NCBI GenBank assembly: GCA_009602725.1
Contig: WELB01000002.1
Span: 1,699,194 to 1,763,193, forward strand
Reading direction: 5' to 3'
DNA: 64,000 nt
Source: Spirogloea muscicola
Taxonomy: Eukaryota
How positions within the stretch are numbered: position 1 is the first letter of the stretch; every line of letters begins with the position of its first letter. Positions 39,690 to 56,675 of this stretch are shown here, piece after piece. Position numbers and translations under genes: made by a program. The notes under the pieces are model-generated. The model saw only the letters and a program-made list of their open reading frames with translations, did not search any database and had not been told where the DNA came from.

Positions 39690-39873
39690 GGACCCGCCAC
39701 CCGGAGACTAGTTTCTCTGACCTGCGGCTGCTCAACATGGGATAATGCGCACCGAGTGGCCACTTGGAGTCGCTGTGTGCTCTAACGCTTTTCTGGCCCC
39801 TTCGAAATTTGTTAATTCGTTTTTCTGGGCTGGTTGATCACAGCCATCGCCCTCTACTGGAAGACTCTTTCTC
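39690..39873 (+). mobile_element. Solo CRE-like 3' end about 110 bp upstream of the ARP9 ATG
   Basis: ETSFSDLRLLNMG* followed by ggccccttcgaa..gggctggttgatcacagccatcgccctctactggaagactctttc. Same subfamily as 15095-15265 (+) and 27380-27520 (-). Confidence 0.85.
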
Positions 39874-41431
39874 CCAATGAGCTAGGCACTGGATATGGCA
39901 GTCACACTAAGGTGCACGGTGGCCTACCTCAAGGTGCTGGCTACTGGTACATGCTGGCGTGCGCGATCATGACCAGGCACGGCTGTAAAGTTGTGTGCCG
40001 CCTTTACTGGCTTCATCTTTGCTGACTCATTCGTCAGTATGGTCTCAATTTGCCGCACAACCCCTCCAGCTCGCCATGCTGCTGAGGTACTGCTGCAATC
40101 TCTTTCACATGTTTCCTACACGGGAGTGAGCAGCGGGGTTGCACTGCTGCTTTGAGAAGACAGCTTGCTCTGATGCTGCCCCTCTTCACTGCTACCCTTC
40201 TGTGGAGTACCACTTGCGAGTAGCGCAGCACTTAAGTCACAATTTTGTTGCTTACACCTTGTTCCTATGCGACCACTGATTGCATCTGGGAGTCTTGGTG
40301 TTCTTACAGACCTGATTTAACATGCCCGTATTCTAGGTTTGATGTCCAGGTACCCTAGCGGAGACAAGCCCCCGACAGTGGTGTTCCGTGAGGTTGGTTG
40401 ACCACCTTCTTCTTGTGGACCTTATTACACAAAACTTGCTCATTCCTATTTTGTTACTATGTGCCAGTGCTCCTGAGGTCCTCTGGTTGGTGCAGAAGCA
40501 GGGACAGCATGAAGCTCGTGCAAGCAGTTGCATGGACGGGCCGGGAGGTGGGGACAATGATGAGCAGCTGAAGTCCTTGATTGCGCCATGAGGAGGTAGG
40601 CGGCGGGCAACGAGACAAGAGGAGGCTTGAGGACCACAAGGCCCCCGACTCCGAAAGCCTCGCAAGGGCCAAGGGCGGGGCAAACATAAGCTTGCAAACC
40701 TGCACTAGGAGATTGGAGCAACGTCAAGAGGAGCCCTTGTAAGAAGAGCAGCACCACTAAAGCTGGTGGTGGCACCTAATTCTGCCACCCCTTGACATCC
40801 CAAAAGCTTATCCCAACATATCTGAGGTCCTTGATCATCTTGCTTTGTCTGTAGAGTTCAAGAATCTTGGGTGTGTTGGTGACAGCAAGCTTTGTGATTT
40901 TCTACACCCTAGATCCTGATACTCATGGTTGTTTTCAGTGAGCTTACATCACCTCCACCATTACATGCTGGTCTCTGGGCATTTGAAAATAATTCGAGCA
41001 TAAAATTGAAACATCACTGCATTACGTTCAAAATGCATCTGTGGCGCCTCCACAGGCTCGCACTTGAATGCATAAGCAGCAGTGCAAGTGTGCTTACTGG
41101 TTGTGCTTTCAAGAACTAGCCAGTACAGGTGAGACAAATGCGCGGTGCTTGTGAGCCCGGACTCCAAATACTGATTGTGGACTGTGACATAGTGTATGCA
41201 TGCAGATCACCATAAGACGAAATCGCAGACTGAATGCAGGGCGCCAATCAAAGTGCACACAATGACGAATCAAGACTGAGTTAACCACGCAGAGGTGCTT
41301 AAGCTAGTCACAAGCCACGACTAAAGTTTGTGAATAAGGGATGTCAGAGTTGGTCACAATGAATGACTGCTAGCAGGGTTAGAAGGAAGGCAAAAAGGGC
41401 AACAAACGCATCAAAAGCACCAGAAGTGGCA

Positions 41432-44400
41432 TCATAGCGGCTGATTCTCTGTGATTGGCGGGTTCTCCACCTCCCACGCAGTCCCCCAAGGTGAGTCGCG
41501 GTGCTGGCCGGGCCTGCTCCGCTTCTGCAAGTGCTCCAAGCTGCGAAGAAACGCAAAGGCTGTCATGGACTGGTACGTTGTGCCCATGTAACTCTAGATT
41601 GCAGCAACTTACAAAGACCAAGCACACCGCTGGCGTCTATTGTGCCACCCAGGGCCTCTACTTCAGATGAGCTTCAAGCAAGCCAACGAGAGTGGAAGAC
41701 GATGCATACAAAGTCATCCAGCACTAATTCGTCCACAAAAGGAATGATTGTAAGCACTTCACCTGGCAACACGCTGCATGGACGGCGTGCGCTCCATCTT
41801 CATGCCCACGGCTGCCTGGTCAACGAAATCCTGCAAGGGAACGGGCAACCAGGTCGTCAAGGCAGGGCTATCGCCGCTTGTCATGGCCATCGACTAGCCT
41901 CACAGCGCCTCTGCAGATGGTGGACTGACTTGGCATTGCACCAGCATTGAGGCAGCCAGCGCATGAGGCAATTTCTTGGCCAAATTCCTTGGCCAAGGAG
42001 GAGAGCTGACATACAAAGAGGTCAGCAATCTAGGAATCAGATTGTATTACATTGACTATCCTGGAAGGGAAAGGATAACTGACTTGACTGCTCAGGCTTG
42101 GCGACTGATGCAAATCCATGCGTGGGCTCACACTGCCCATTATCGGTGGGTCCACTTGCTGCACGCATGTGAAGAAGGCCGGTCAGCAGGCCAAGTGGCA
42201 CCAGGCGACCAGTCAGTGTCCTTGATAGTCAGTATTGGCAATTGTTGACAAGTGACAAGCACTCATGCCACAATGAAGACGGCAAAGCACGTGTCGTGCG
42301 AAGTATGTGCTTCTACCACAATGTGGAGGCCCTCAACGACACTATCTTGACGGTTGGTTACTGATATCGAATCAGTGACCACTCATATCAAGGAGTCAGT
42401 TTGGCGTAGCTGTCCAAGGCATGATCCCGGAAGGAAGGAGCGCACTGTTGAGCATTGCTGCTGCTGCTGCGCAGGTAGAGGCTGCTGCTGCTGCTGCAGC
42501 AGTGAAGGTTGGGCGACCCCTCCTGACAGCATCGGGCCACCCGGCGGGAGATAATGCCCTGGCGGGTGGTGTGGTGCACGTGCATCGTGCGTTCGATGGG
42601 AGCCGCCATCCTCGCTCATTCCCAGTGGTGGCCCGTAGGGTGGCGCATGCCTGTCCAGCACGGCCGCTCCGTCGCCACCGACGGGGTATCCACCGCCAGG
42701 CGAGTGGTACCTCGGCGCTGGCTGCTGCTGCTGGTGACCGCCAAGCCCGTATAGTGGGCCGCTGCCCCGCTGCGCCCTGCCCACCATCTCCTCGGCCATC
42801 TTGACCTGCCATGGTGTTGAAGTCCAGTGATGAATCCTAATCATTAACTCCTTAACGACTTGAAGCTTCCGCGTAGCATCTGCATGTTCCTAAAGCCAAC
42901 ATGTGGTCCACCATTGACAGCTTCTTACTGCTGCTCCCCTTGTCAGACTGTACAAAAACCGCCTTTCAGCCACACAAGCGCGCAAGATTACCTGCTCACC
43001 ACTACCGCAGTTGTTGACTGTGAGGGGACTGTGATCACTAGACTCTGTATTAGGAGGAACCCCTGGCAGCCACGACACCCACCTTTGCACGCAGCGCCTC
43101 TACATCGGACTTGAGCACGCGGTTGTCCACAGCAGCATCGTTGTACTTGTGCCCAATTTCCGACAGCCGCTTCGCCAGGCTCGAATTCTCCATCCGCAGC
43201 TGCGCCACCTGCAGCGAGGCCATCGCCACATGCACACCAAGTGGAGGTGAGAGGGCAGGCAACTAGAGATAGAGAGAATCTGGATGAGCACATTGCCGTG
43301 CAGTGGCGTCATGCCATGCGCCTGCGAGGCCAGCAGCCCAAGGAGGCCGGCTCTGCTACCTGCAGCTCCAGGTCTGACAAATGCGCCTGCTTTCGCCGAC
43401 GCGAGCGTCGCGCCGATTCCCGGTTGGACAGCATCCTGCCAGGAGAAAGTCCAAAGTGTTACATCGACCTGAGCTGCGCCCTGCCTTGCGAGCTCCCATG
43501 CAACAGCGCCAGTGTTGCAGATCAATGGCGATAAAGGTGGCACCCCGCCAGACTTGGGCTCACCGCTTGATGCGCTTGATCTCATCAGGATCGGTCACAT
43601 TCTCCAGTGATGCCAGGAGCTCGTCCTCGCCCTCCGATCGTGCGCCCTCTTCGTCAGACTGCTCCCGAGACGAGCCGCTGCCACCGACCCCTCCTCCAGG
43701 GGCAGGCATCGCTCGCCGGGCGGCGAGGTCGGGCTTGGGAGGCAACGCCGGGATCCCAAGTGGCGCGGGCATGAGGAGCTGCGCTGCCCCCGCCCGTCCC
43801 GATGCTGCGCAAGGGAAAAGCGAAGCACGGCAGAGGCTGCAGTCATGATGTACGTTGTCCTGCGAAGCCGAAAGCGGCAAGTGTTTGACGGCAGAGACAT
43901 CAAGGGACGCCCAGGTCGGAGGCGCACCGTCGCTGCTGGACGCACTGAGCCGATTGCCAGGGGTTAGCACGTCCACGGCCGGCGGACGAGGGGGCGCAGC
44001 GTACGACCCAAGCTGCGCGCTAGCCGCCACCTGCAGCAACAGCAGGGCCCCCTCTCTTGCGTCACGGCGGTGGGCGCACTGCAGAAGACGCCTGACGGCG
44101 CAGCGCGAGCAACGGGGGAGGAGACGGAGGTTTGGGTTGAGGGCTGACTCTGGTGGAGGCGACGGCGCATGCCATGGCGAGGCGATGCTTGAGCATGTCG
44201 GCGTACTCCTGCGGATTGGACGGTGATGCCTCCTCTGGGAAGTCGGAGAACAGCGGCCGGACGCTGCCGCCGCCGCTGCTGGCCAGGAAGGGCGGAGAGA
44301 AGGGCGGGAGGGGTGATGACAGAGCGCCGGGGCTCTCCGCCGCGCCACCTGGTAGATGGTGCGCCGCCGCCGCCGCCGACGCGGAGTGCTCGTCAAAGCG

Positions 44401-44906
44401 GGGGCTGCTATCTGCGCCGTACCCGTGGCCGGCTACGGCCGGGCCGGCGTGCTCTTTGAGGAACTCCTGCCGCCACGCACGCCACCCACAGCGCGTGCTG
44501 TCAGGAATCCCAGCTGCACAGACTCAGGTCGGCAACCACGCCCTCCAAGAAGCGCATGGGCAGGCAGGACTTCCATAGCCGCAGCTGCTCGTCCGTCGGC
44601 CAGCCCGGCGAAGCCCCGCGGCAGTGGAGGCAAGGGCAGGCCGCGGCGCACCTGGAACGCCCACTCGGACGGGCTGCGGTTCATCTGGTGGCCGCTGGGG
44701 GTGGCAGCGGCGGAGCCCGACCAGTGCCCCGAGTTGGAGCGCAGCAGGCTGTTCTGCGACGCCAGCCGCTGCAGGTCCTGCTGCGAGCTGCTGCCGTGGC
44801 CGCAGCTGCCGCCGCCACCGCCGCCGCCGCCGCCGCCGCCGTCGCCCTGCGTGTCCAGCTTCCAGAAGGTCCCCAGGATGTCGTCCACAGAGAAGACGCG
44901 CTCCAT
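41432..44906 (-). CDS. Group C bZIP transcription factor (bZIP63/10/25, OHP-like)
   Basis: [88 protein letters not shown]-terminal [19 protein letters not shown]. Confidence 0.93.
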
Positions 44907-45647
44907 GGCGGCGACGGCCACAACCGCCGCCGCTGCGCTCCACTATATTTGAACCCCAGACCTCTCAAAGCACTCTCGAGAGCCTCACGGCGCACCCTTC
45001 TATGACCGCCGCGACGGCACGGCTGCCGACGATCGTCACAGCCCTCCCAGCCACGGCCGGGGCCTGCACGGCCGGCACCCCCCGGTGGCGCCCGCGCCGT
45101 GCAGACCCCGCGGCGGAGCCCCGCCGCAGGCCGTCATCGGCGGCAGTCGTCGCGGGCAAGCCCGCCGCCGCTGCCGCCGCCGCCGCCCGGAAGGCGGCTT
45201 CTTCCTCGGCTCGACAAACGGCAGCGTCCCCANCTGCGGCGGCGGCGGCGGTGGCGGCGGCGGCGGCGGCTGCGGCGGCGGGCGGGGGCGAGGAGATGGA
45301 GAGAATCTGCTGCGGGCGCGGATTGCAGCCCGCGCTATCGGTACCCGGATTGGCGCGGATAAGGGCACCGGAGAAGCTCCCTCGGGCCTGCCGACGGTTG
45401 CGTTAGGTCGGGCGGGTGTCGGCGGGGGTTACGCTAATGACACTCCACTTAGCGTCGTCGAGATGACGTAACCGGCTGCCGTCTTCTCGGCGGTCGTTCG
45501 ACGGCGCAACCGGCTGGATCACGGTGGGGCCAGCCGATGTGACGGCTCCTTAACCGTCTCCCGGTTAGTTTTACTGAAAGATGTTTAGTTGACTCACCCC
45601 GGCCCCTCTCGGCGAGCCCGCCGCCAGCGCCGCGCCCGGGCGCGGCG

Positions 45648-48600
45648 ATGGCCGCCGCTGTGCTGCCCGGCGGCGGCGATGGCGGCGGGGGTCTTGACGG
45701 CGGCGGCGGCGGCGGCGGTCTTAGCGGCGGTCTTGGCGGCGGGGAGCTCCTGGGGGACGCCTTCGAGGTCGAGGCCACGGCGCAGTACGTGGTCTCGCGG
45801 GGCTTCGCCCGCGTCGGCCTCCAGGTGGGCGCGCGCCTTGCCGGCGGCCCTCGGCGGCGGCTGGCTGGCCAAGTCGGATCGCTACACCACATGCCGTCCA
45901 GAGGTGCATGCAGTTTAGGGTTTAGGGTCTAAGGGTGGGGTTTAGGGTGTCCACTGCCGCCACGGCTTTGGCCTGGCGCCCAAGAGGCACAGGCTGCGTC
46001 TCTGGCGCCACGGCTTGGCTCAGAAACCACGCCCCCACTTAGCTACCCCTCCTGAATCTCAGTAATTAGTGAAAGGACGGAGAAGACGGTGGTCTGAAGC
46101 CGCGATTGCTCGCTGCCTGCAGTTCCCGGACGAGCTCCTGGAGCTCAGCGCGGGCGTGGCCGCAGCCCTCTCGGCAGCCTGCCAGAGGCGCTCGCCGGAG
46201 GCCCACGAGGTGCAGCTCTTCGTCATGGCCGACACGAGCTACGGGAGCTGTTGCGTGGACGAGATCGCGGCGGCACACGTTGACGCCCAGTGCGTCGTGC
46301 ACTATGGGCACGCCTGCCTCACAGCGTGAGTGCCGCGCCCCAGCCCAGTGGCCGTGCCTGTGGTTCCTGCAGGAGGCCCTGTACTTGTGTGCACTTTGTG
46401 CTGGGCGCTCGTCGAGTGTCGCACTCGAGACTCGGCCTCACCTGGTCGTTCGTTCAGCCGTAGTGAGCAGTGATCAGGCCTCCTTTGGCTGGCTACCCCT
46501 TTACTTCCTCTTCACCGTGAAGGCTCAACGGCAAATGTAGGCACAGGACCTGAGATCGCCACGACCCATCTCTTTCATTGACAGCTGCGAGCAGCCTGCT
46601 TGTGTTACTGAGCCTCTGGCTGACAGCCATGTCAGATGTGCGTGGCTCAAAATCAATACAGGGCTACAGAAAGAGCTGCTACCGGTATGAACAGTGGGTG
46701 GGAGTCCTAGAGTGTGTCATCATTGGCAGCCCATACTGGGTAGCTCAGCTGCCACTCAGGAGCTCACTGTCAGTCTTCATGGAGTCAGATAGGGTGAGAG
46801 AGGAAGCTTGCAGCGGCCACCGACATCCTGCACTCTCGAAATCGTCAGCACGACTTGCTCATCTGCCGCACGCAACTTTCCTCTCACTGCCACGTCCATG
46901 CGACATGACTTTGTCACAGCTTGCCGTGCTAAGATCAGTCTCATCCACACACATGGGCACTCCGTTGGCTGGCGCAGGACCTCAAGGCTCCCAGCAAAGT
47001 TCGTCTTCGGAAAGGCATCCCTCGACCTCTCCGATTGCGCCGCAAAGCTGCGGCAGCTTGCTGACAACAGCCAAAAGCCCCTGGTGGTGTGCTCCAGACG
47101 CAACCCTGTCCTCCTGAGAGGGTCTGCAACCCCTGTGCTCCTAAGGGCCTGCATCCCTCACCGTCTCTTGAGGTACACAGAGGAGCGATGCATGCGACTG
47201 AGTCTGCGCAGCCTGCAGTCAATTTTGCTGCCTGTTAAGTCTGACCATGCTGATTGCATCCGAGAGAGCAGAATTGTACTCACAGTAGGCTGTATAGGCT
47301 TGCCCCGTCTATCACTCTGAGGTGCCACTTGATACTCGATGTTTTGAGTACAGCTTCTTCCAATGTGCAGATCCTCCATGCACCAGAGCTTTCTCATGCC
47401 ATGGCTGCGCTCCAGGCAGCCGTGATGCAATGCAGCAGCTCAGAAAGGGATGTGGCAAGGCCACACCTTATCTTTGCCAAGGTCAGATGCACCAAGATGG
47501 AGCCTTCCCCAGCCGCTGCTTCAAAGAGGAGAGAAATGGGCGCAGGTCCTACCAGTCAAGGTGATTGTCAACCACACAGAGAATCAGAGGTTACCAGAGA
47601 GGGAAGGCACGTGGAGCTGCCTTCTGGTGACAGTGTGGGTGGCCTTGCAAGGGAGGAGCACGGGGGTGGAGAAGCACCTATCAGCAGCCCGGAGACAGCT
47701 TTGGGGCCTCAAGGAGAGCCCGAGAACGGCTTAAGAGTGGTCCTTGGAGGCCTCGAGTGGTGTCTTCCTCCTGGAGCAAGTGAGCAAGACGTTGTCCTCG
47801 CCTGGATCGGACCCGAAGGTCCAGCTTTGACACACATCATGCTTGTGCACCACCGATGCCAGGTACGGCTCCTACCTTCCTGCAGCTGTGGCTTCAATGA
47901 AGCAAGTGGTGTAAGCATCTGACATGCCAACGCCTTAACAGGAGGTTTTGCCATGTGCAGTTTGTGCAGTATGATCCAGCCACAAAAGCACTTCACACCG
48001 ATTTTGTCAAGCACAGCAAACTTCTCAGTCGCAGGCAAGTCTTTGCGGCTCTCCTGATCCAGGCGGTCATTTGCAACGCCAGAGACGTTGTTGTGTGATG
48101 CTTGTATCACTTCAACCTGTTCTGCTTCAAGAATTAGCACTGCACACACCTTGGCAAGGTCTACAACATTTGCAGTTCTGCTATCCACGTGCTCAGGTAT
48201 TACTTGGTGGAGCGTGCAAAAGAAGCAGGGATAGTGGGCATCATATTGGGCACATTGGCCGTCGGTTAGTCTCGCACATGACCTCTGATTGTGCAATGAA
48301 TTGATGCCAGACATCCTTACAAGAATCTGGTGTATGTCTTTTGCATGGCATTGGTGTAAGGCGCTTTCTCGTGCATGACAGCTGGATACCAGGCCGTGCT
48401 TGAGAGGCTTAGGACAATAATAAAGTCCGCTGGCAAGAAGCACTACACCTTCCTCATGGGCAAGTTGAACCCAGCCAAGCTTGCCAACTTTCCGGAGGTG
48501 TGCATCCACTTTCTTTTGCTACTTTAAATTCTGTCACCTACAAACGTGGTGCAGACGCACACAGCTGCCATATAACAGAAAAGTTGCTAAAGAGATGGGC

Positions 48601-49783
48601 AAACCTGTAAAGAAAGGCTGGACTCTGTACTAATTTGGCCACATGCATCTTGCAGTGCGATATATTTGTACTGCTGGCATGCCCTCAGACAGCCTTACTT
48701 GACAATCGCGACTACTTGGCACCCATTATTACTCCTTTTGAGGCTGAAATCGCTTTCACGAGGTTCGTGTCTGCTGCTGGCAAGATCCTGCTAGATGCTC
48801 GTACTATTCTAGATAAGACCTGCCAATTGTTCTGGTTGAGATGTTGTTCTCACGCTCGGCGTTGTTGGTTGTGATGACATTACTCTGGAAAAAATAATGG
48901 CACAAGAGAGACATTTCTGACTACTCCTTCCCCCGATATGTGATTGCCATGTCTGCTGCCACTTAAAAGTCCTGGCCACTGAAGTCTTTGGTTCTTTCTT
49001 GCACATGATCTGGATAACAGAGGGAGGACATGGACAGGGGCATACCGTCTGGATATGGACCTAGCGGCAGAGTCCACAAGGTCTGTCATAGACTCGCGTG
49101 CAGGACAAGATCCAGGTGACCTACCACAGGCTGAAAAAGAACAACAGGACTCTGATGAACCACGTTTCTCTTTCATCAGCGGGGGATATGTGAATGACAA
49201 CATTGAGCATGACGGTGAGGCACCTTACCTACCCACTTCACTTATAAATGAAGACGAATAACGAAGCATGGACTGCACAACGCAAGTATTGACATGAGGG
49301 AGATGTCTCAATCTGATGACACAAGAGGCCTACCAAAGTAACTTGTAGTCAGGCCTTTGAGCAGCAATCCCAGATTGCTGATTACGTCTTCACCAGTGCA
49401 AATAATCCTTGCAGCAGGTATTGTTGGTAGATCCTGTATTCACACATTCTTATATTATTCATAGGGTAACTGCAGGTGGAACAGGGACCACTTCCTTAGA
49501 CCTGGCCCTTGCATTGTCCACGGGTCGTGCGCTCCAGCTTCGGCAAACGGATGGTGCCCTCACAACGGGCGCAACGGCTCAGGCTGCTCCTGTGCGCAGT
49601 GGTGCCGAGTATCTCGCGCTGAGAAGGACGTATCAGGGCCTAGAGATCCCCTTGGAAGGTGATCCAGAAGTCCTTGAGCTCTCGCCACGGTCTCAGCACC
49701 GAGGCGCCCCCCGCATCCCACCGAGCTCAATCCTGCAAGGCAGGACAGGCAGAGCCACCAAGTACATGGGTGAGAACCAATGA
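45648..49783 (+). CDS. DPH2: Diphthamide biosynthesis protein 2
   Basis: [123 protein letters not shown]. Confidence 0.95.
45913..45947. repeat. Interstitial telomere-like (TTTAGGG)n tract / teloboxes in DPH2 intron 1
   Basis: gtttagggtttagggtctaagggtggggtttaggg. Confidence 0.8.
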
Positions 49784-50954
49784 TCTGCAGAGAATTCAGG
49801 ATATCTGGAAATGAATGATCTTTGGCTGTTGAGCTCTTTCATGTCTTTCTGGCCGTTCGCCCCACGTCAATCTGCAAAGTCTGTAGACCACACATTGCAG
49901 GTGTGATCAAGCGTGCTAATATTTTCAAGCTGGGCAGGAAATAAATCAAGACCCATTCACATGTAAACCTGCAGAGAGCTGAAATCAGCTTTGATACCTT
50001 GACAGCCCTGCTCAGCTTGCAGCCCTGTATTCCAGCACAGCGCACCACCTTGCCAGCTGTTGTAACGAGCCTCGGTAGTGTTGAGAAACTCATGCAAGGC
50101 AGAAATGGTCACAGCTTGCTGAGCGACTGTAGAGGATTTGTCAGATATCATGAAAGCCAGTCGTGGTTGTAATCAAACACAGGGCTCCATCAGAAACGAT
50201 AGTTAGATATCCAACACATCCTTGGGAACGGCCAAGCTGGGCATTACTGCCATACATTGCCGATTAGAAGTTGGTAGCGGGCAAAGAGACCAGGCTCGCC
50301 CGTCCTCAGTCTATATGTGTCTGCGCAGTCAAAGCTTTGACTGCTGAGCACGACACTAGCATGATTTGGTCCTGTGCGTAACGAGCACAGTACAGTGGTC
50401 GTGTACAATTGAGCTGTGCGGCCTAACTTGCGCAAGATGTCCACAAGATACACCAGCAAGGACACATGCTGCTGACTGCCCTGTCACTGACCATGTAGCT
50501 GCAAGCAGATGCAGGAAGCCTCCGCTTTTGGATGGCCTTTCCTATACTGCTGATGTATACTGGTGTGTGACAATATGCAGTTTGCACGGTTAATCGACCT
50601 TCATGAGATAAGAAAGAGGTGGCCTTTCGCCTTCTTCTATAATTATGGAAAGCAAGATATGCTCTGATGATGGAAGCAGTGGCTTGCATTGTTCAGCAAC
50701 TGTCTACTGCAAATGCTGCATGAACAGTTTCAGTTAATTAGTGTCATAACAAGCATTAAGATGTTGCGTACAGTGATTGGCTTTCTTAAGATATAATGCT
50801 TCCGGTGCCAAATGGGGCCCCGGTCGAAATTGCATGTGCCAAAACAAACGTGAAGTCCTGATGTCCTCTTCAAGTTAACCAATGAATTTGCAAATATGTG
50901 CCACACAAGATTTTGGCAAGGAGCAGAGGGCGCGGTTCGGGCCACGCCGACTAC

Positions 50955-52055
50955 TCAATAAGGCACAAGAAAGCTGCCATACCGCACACCTAAAGCGTCC
51001 ACGCTCCCATTGCTGCAACGCCAGGGGAGGAGGTTCAGGTGGTGGCGCTGGCGCATGGTCATGCCGTAAATGTACGTGTCATCCCACGCGCGCCGCAGCT
51101 GCATCTGCCCTGCACCATGGTAGTAGTCCAGCATGGCGGCCTGCTGCGCCATCATCTCCTGCTGCTGCCGCGCCCGCAGCGCCATCTGCAGCAACACCCA
51201 GCAATGCACAAGCTGGTCTCAGCGAGCCATCAACGTGCCTGCACTAGCGCGAGCTCGGTCATGCTGCGGCAGCCTCAACAAGGCCCTGGACTGCAACAAA
51301 TGCAAAAGATACCTGGACATAAGCAGGAGGCGCAATGCTCGCTGAAGCAGCAAACGGGTCAGGCCCAGGTGGCGCCATGAGCGCCAGCGCCGGCGGCGGT
51401 GCTGAAGCCCGCAGCCGGCCGTGAGGGTTCGCTGCTGGGCCCGTCGCCGGTGCGAGCGCCCGCTGCTGGGCTTCGCCACTGTCGTACAGGCTGTCCAACA
51501 GCAGCTGGTCGAAGCCGCCGGCCTTGCGGTCACGCAGGATGGTCAGCTGCATGCTCTGCGCAGCACGACGCCCGTAGTCGGCAGAGGAAGCTCAGGATGC
51601 CTGCGGCAGTTCTCTTTCTGAAGGTTTGTGATCTTAGTCTTTCATATTACCACTTCAATTGGTTCAGTGTCTTGTACCTTCCTTGGCTTTCACTAAGTGT
51701 CTGCGACGTACTTAAATTTGCATTCTTTTACACTTTCAGCGCCACGAATTCCGGACAGAAATCACAGCGGACACCAGCGAGCTTCGAATCATGGGCTGCA
51801 CAGCAGGCCGGGCCTTGGCCCGGAGCTTCAAGTGGATCCTGGCGTGAGCCCAGCCCGAACCCACGACTGAGTCAACAGGCTCACCTGATTCTGCAGCTGG
51901 GCGCCGCTGGCTCCACCGAGACCGGCGCCGCCAGCAGCGGCGGCGGCGACGGCGGCGGCGGGCGCGGCGGGGGCGAAGGCGGAGGGCGTGGAGGCGAGCG
52001 CGAGCTCCCAGCCGCTGCGGCCTGTCGCCAGGGAGGCGTCCAGCGCCGCCTCCCA
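50955..52055 (-). CDS. C-terminal portion of a plant ANTH-domain clathrin assembly (PICALM/AP180-like) protein; ANTH domain not visible
   Basis: Three GT-AG spliced exons (to 51885; 51546-51313; 51185-50955): SGWELALAST, AGGFDQLLLDSLYD, DPFAAS..IAPPAYVQ|MA..QQQEMM. These are characteristic plant PICALM tail motifs. Confidence 0.75.
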
Positions 52056-52829
52056 NCGGTGGCGGGCCCCCGCGGCAAAGCGGCTCGGAAGGCCCGCTCT
52101 GTGGTTGCGGCGCCAAGCCCGCGCACGCGCCGCGGCCTGTGCGGGAGGAGCTCCCTGCGCCGCCACGTGGCGCACGGAGCGCAAGCGGCGGCGGCGGCGC
52201 CTCCGCCGCGCTGGGACTGGCTCTCCGGTGGGGAGGGAAGGCGCCCGGTCGGCTGCGCGTCTCGCGGCAACAGCGAGTTGCCGCGCATGGGGAGTCTTAC
52301 GGCGCGGCGGGCTCTGGAAAAGCTGGATCGTGGATTGTCGACGGGTTCTCTCGTTTCCGCGTACGAGCATGCCGGAATGGGGAATTTGCAGAAGTGCCTT
52401 CCCCCCGCCTTATCTCCCGTACAGCTGAAATCCAGCCGCCGCTCCCGCCGCCGCTGCCGCCGCCGCGATGGCCGCCGCCGCCGCCGCCGCCGCGATGGCC
52501 GCCGCGATGGTCGCCGCGAACGCCGGCACCGGCGACGGCGCGGGGTCAGCTTTCACGGCGGGTCTTTCCGCGCTCCTACGGGGAGCCCCATCCTTACCTC
52601 CCCCCCTCCCCTCCTCCCCTCCTCCCTCTCCCCACGAGCCCATCAATGGATGACCGGCCGACTCGCCCTTTCCCCGGTCCCCACCTCCACCACCACCCCC
52701 TCCTGCCCGCCACGTGGGCGGGCCACCGCCACGTGGCCTTGCCTCGGGCAGCCGCCGCCGGGCGTCTCCAAGCGCCAGGTGGCGTCGCCTTTGGGGGGGG
52801 GTGTGGTTGCGACGCTCGTCTTAAGTGGG

Positions 52830-56150
<3,321 letters not shown>

Positions 56151-56675
56151 TCTACTACACTTATTGCCTTCACATTTCAAGTGCTGCTCCTCCCTCCCTC
56201 CTCCCGGCCCCTCTCCCCCCTCTCCTGCCCCGCCCTCCGCCCCTAACCCACGTTCACTCCGCCCTCCCTCCCCTCCTCAGCTCCAGTTTGACCCACTTCA
56301 ATCCTCTCCTCCAGCCTCAGCTTGACCCTCGGCTTCTGCAGGCACGCTCAGGCTCGCAGCGGCAGCCCTTGCGGCAAGCTCGGCAGCTCGGCTCCACGCT
56401 CTCCAGCCCTCCCCTCGTCCCGCTTCGACCGTCTTGTCCAGACACCCAGCTTGCGGCTCTGGCCAACCCACCATCGTTTCCGTGCTCGCACAGCCGCTTC
56501 TCTTAGCCTCATCGGGGCTGCCTGGCGCACTCCTCTCGGCCCGGCAACCTTCCGCAGGACAAGCACACGCTGGCTTAGCTTGAGACCAGAGGCACCCGCC
56601 GCCACCACCGTCACTCCTACTGCTGCTCTTGTGCAGCCACTCTCGGCAGCAGTTTTGAAGCTCAGAGCCGTCGCC

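Noticed and set aside
39900..41400. Possible gene or degraded transposon between ARP9 and bZIP
   Set aside because: Only short ORFs with no recognisable motif; cannot support a call.
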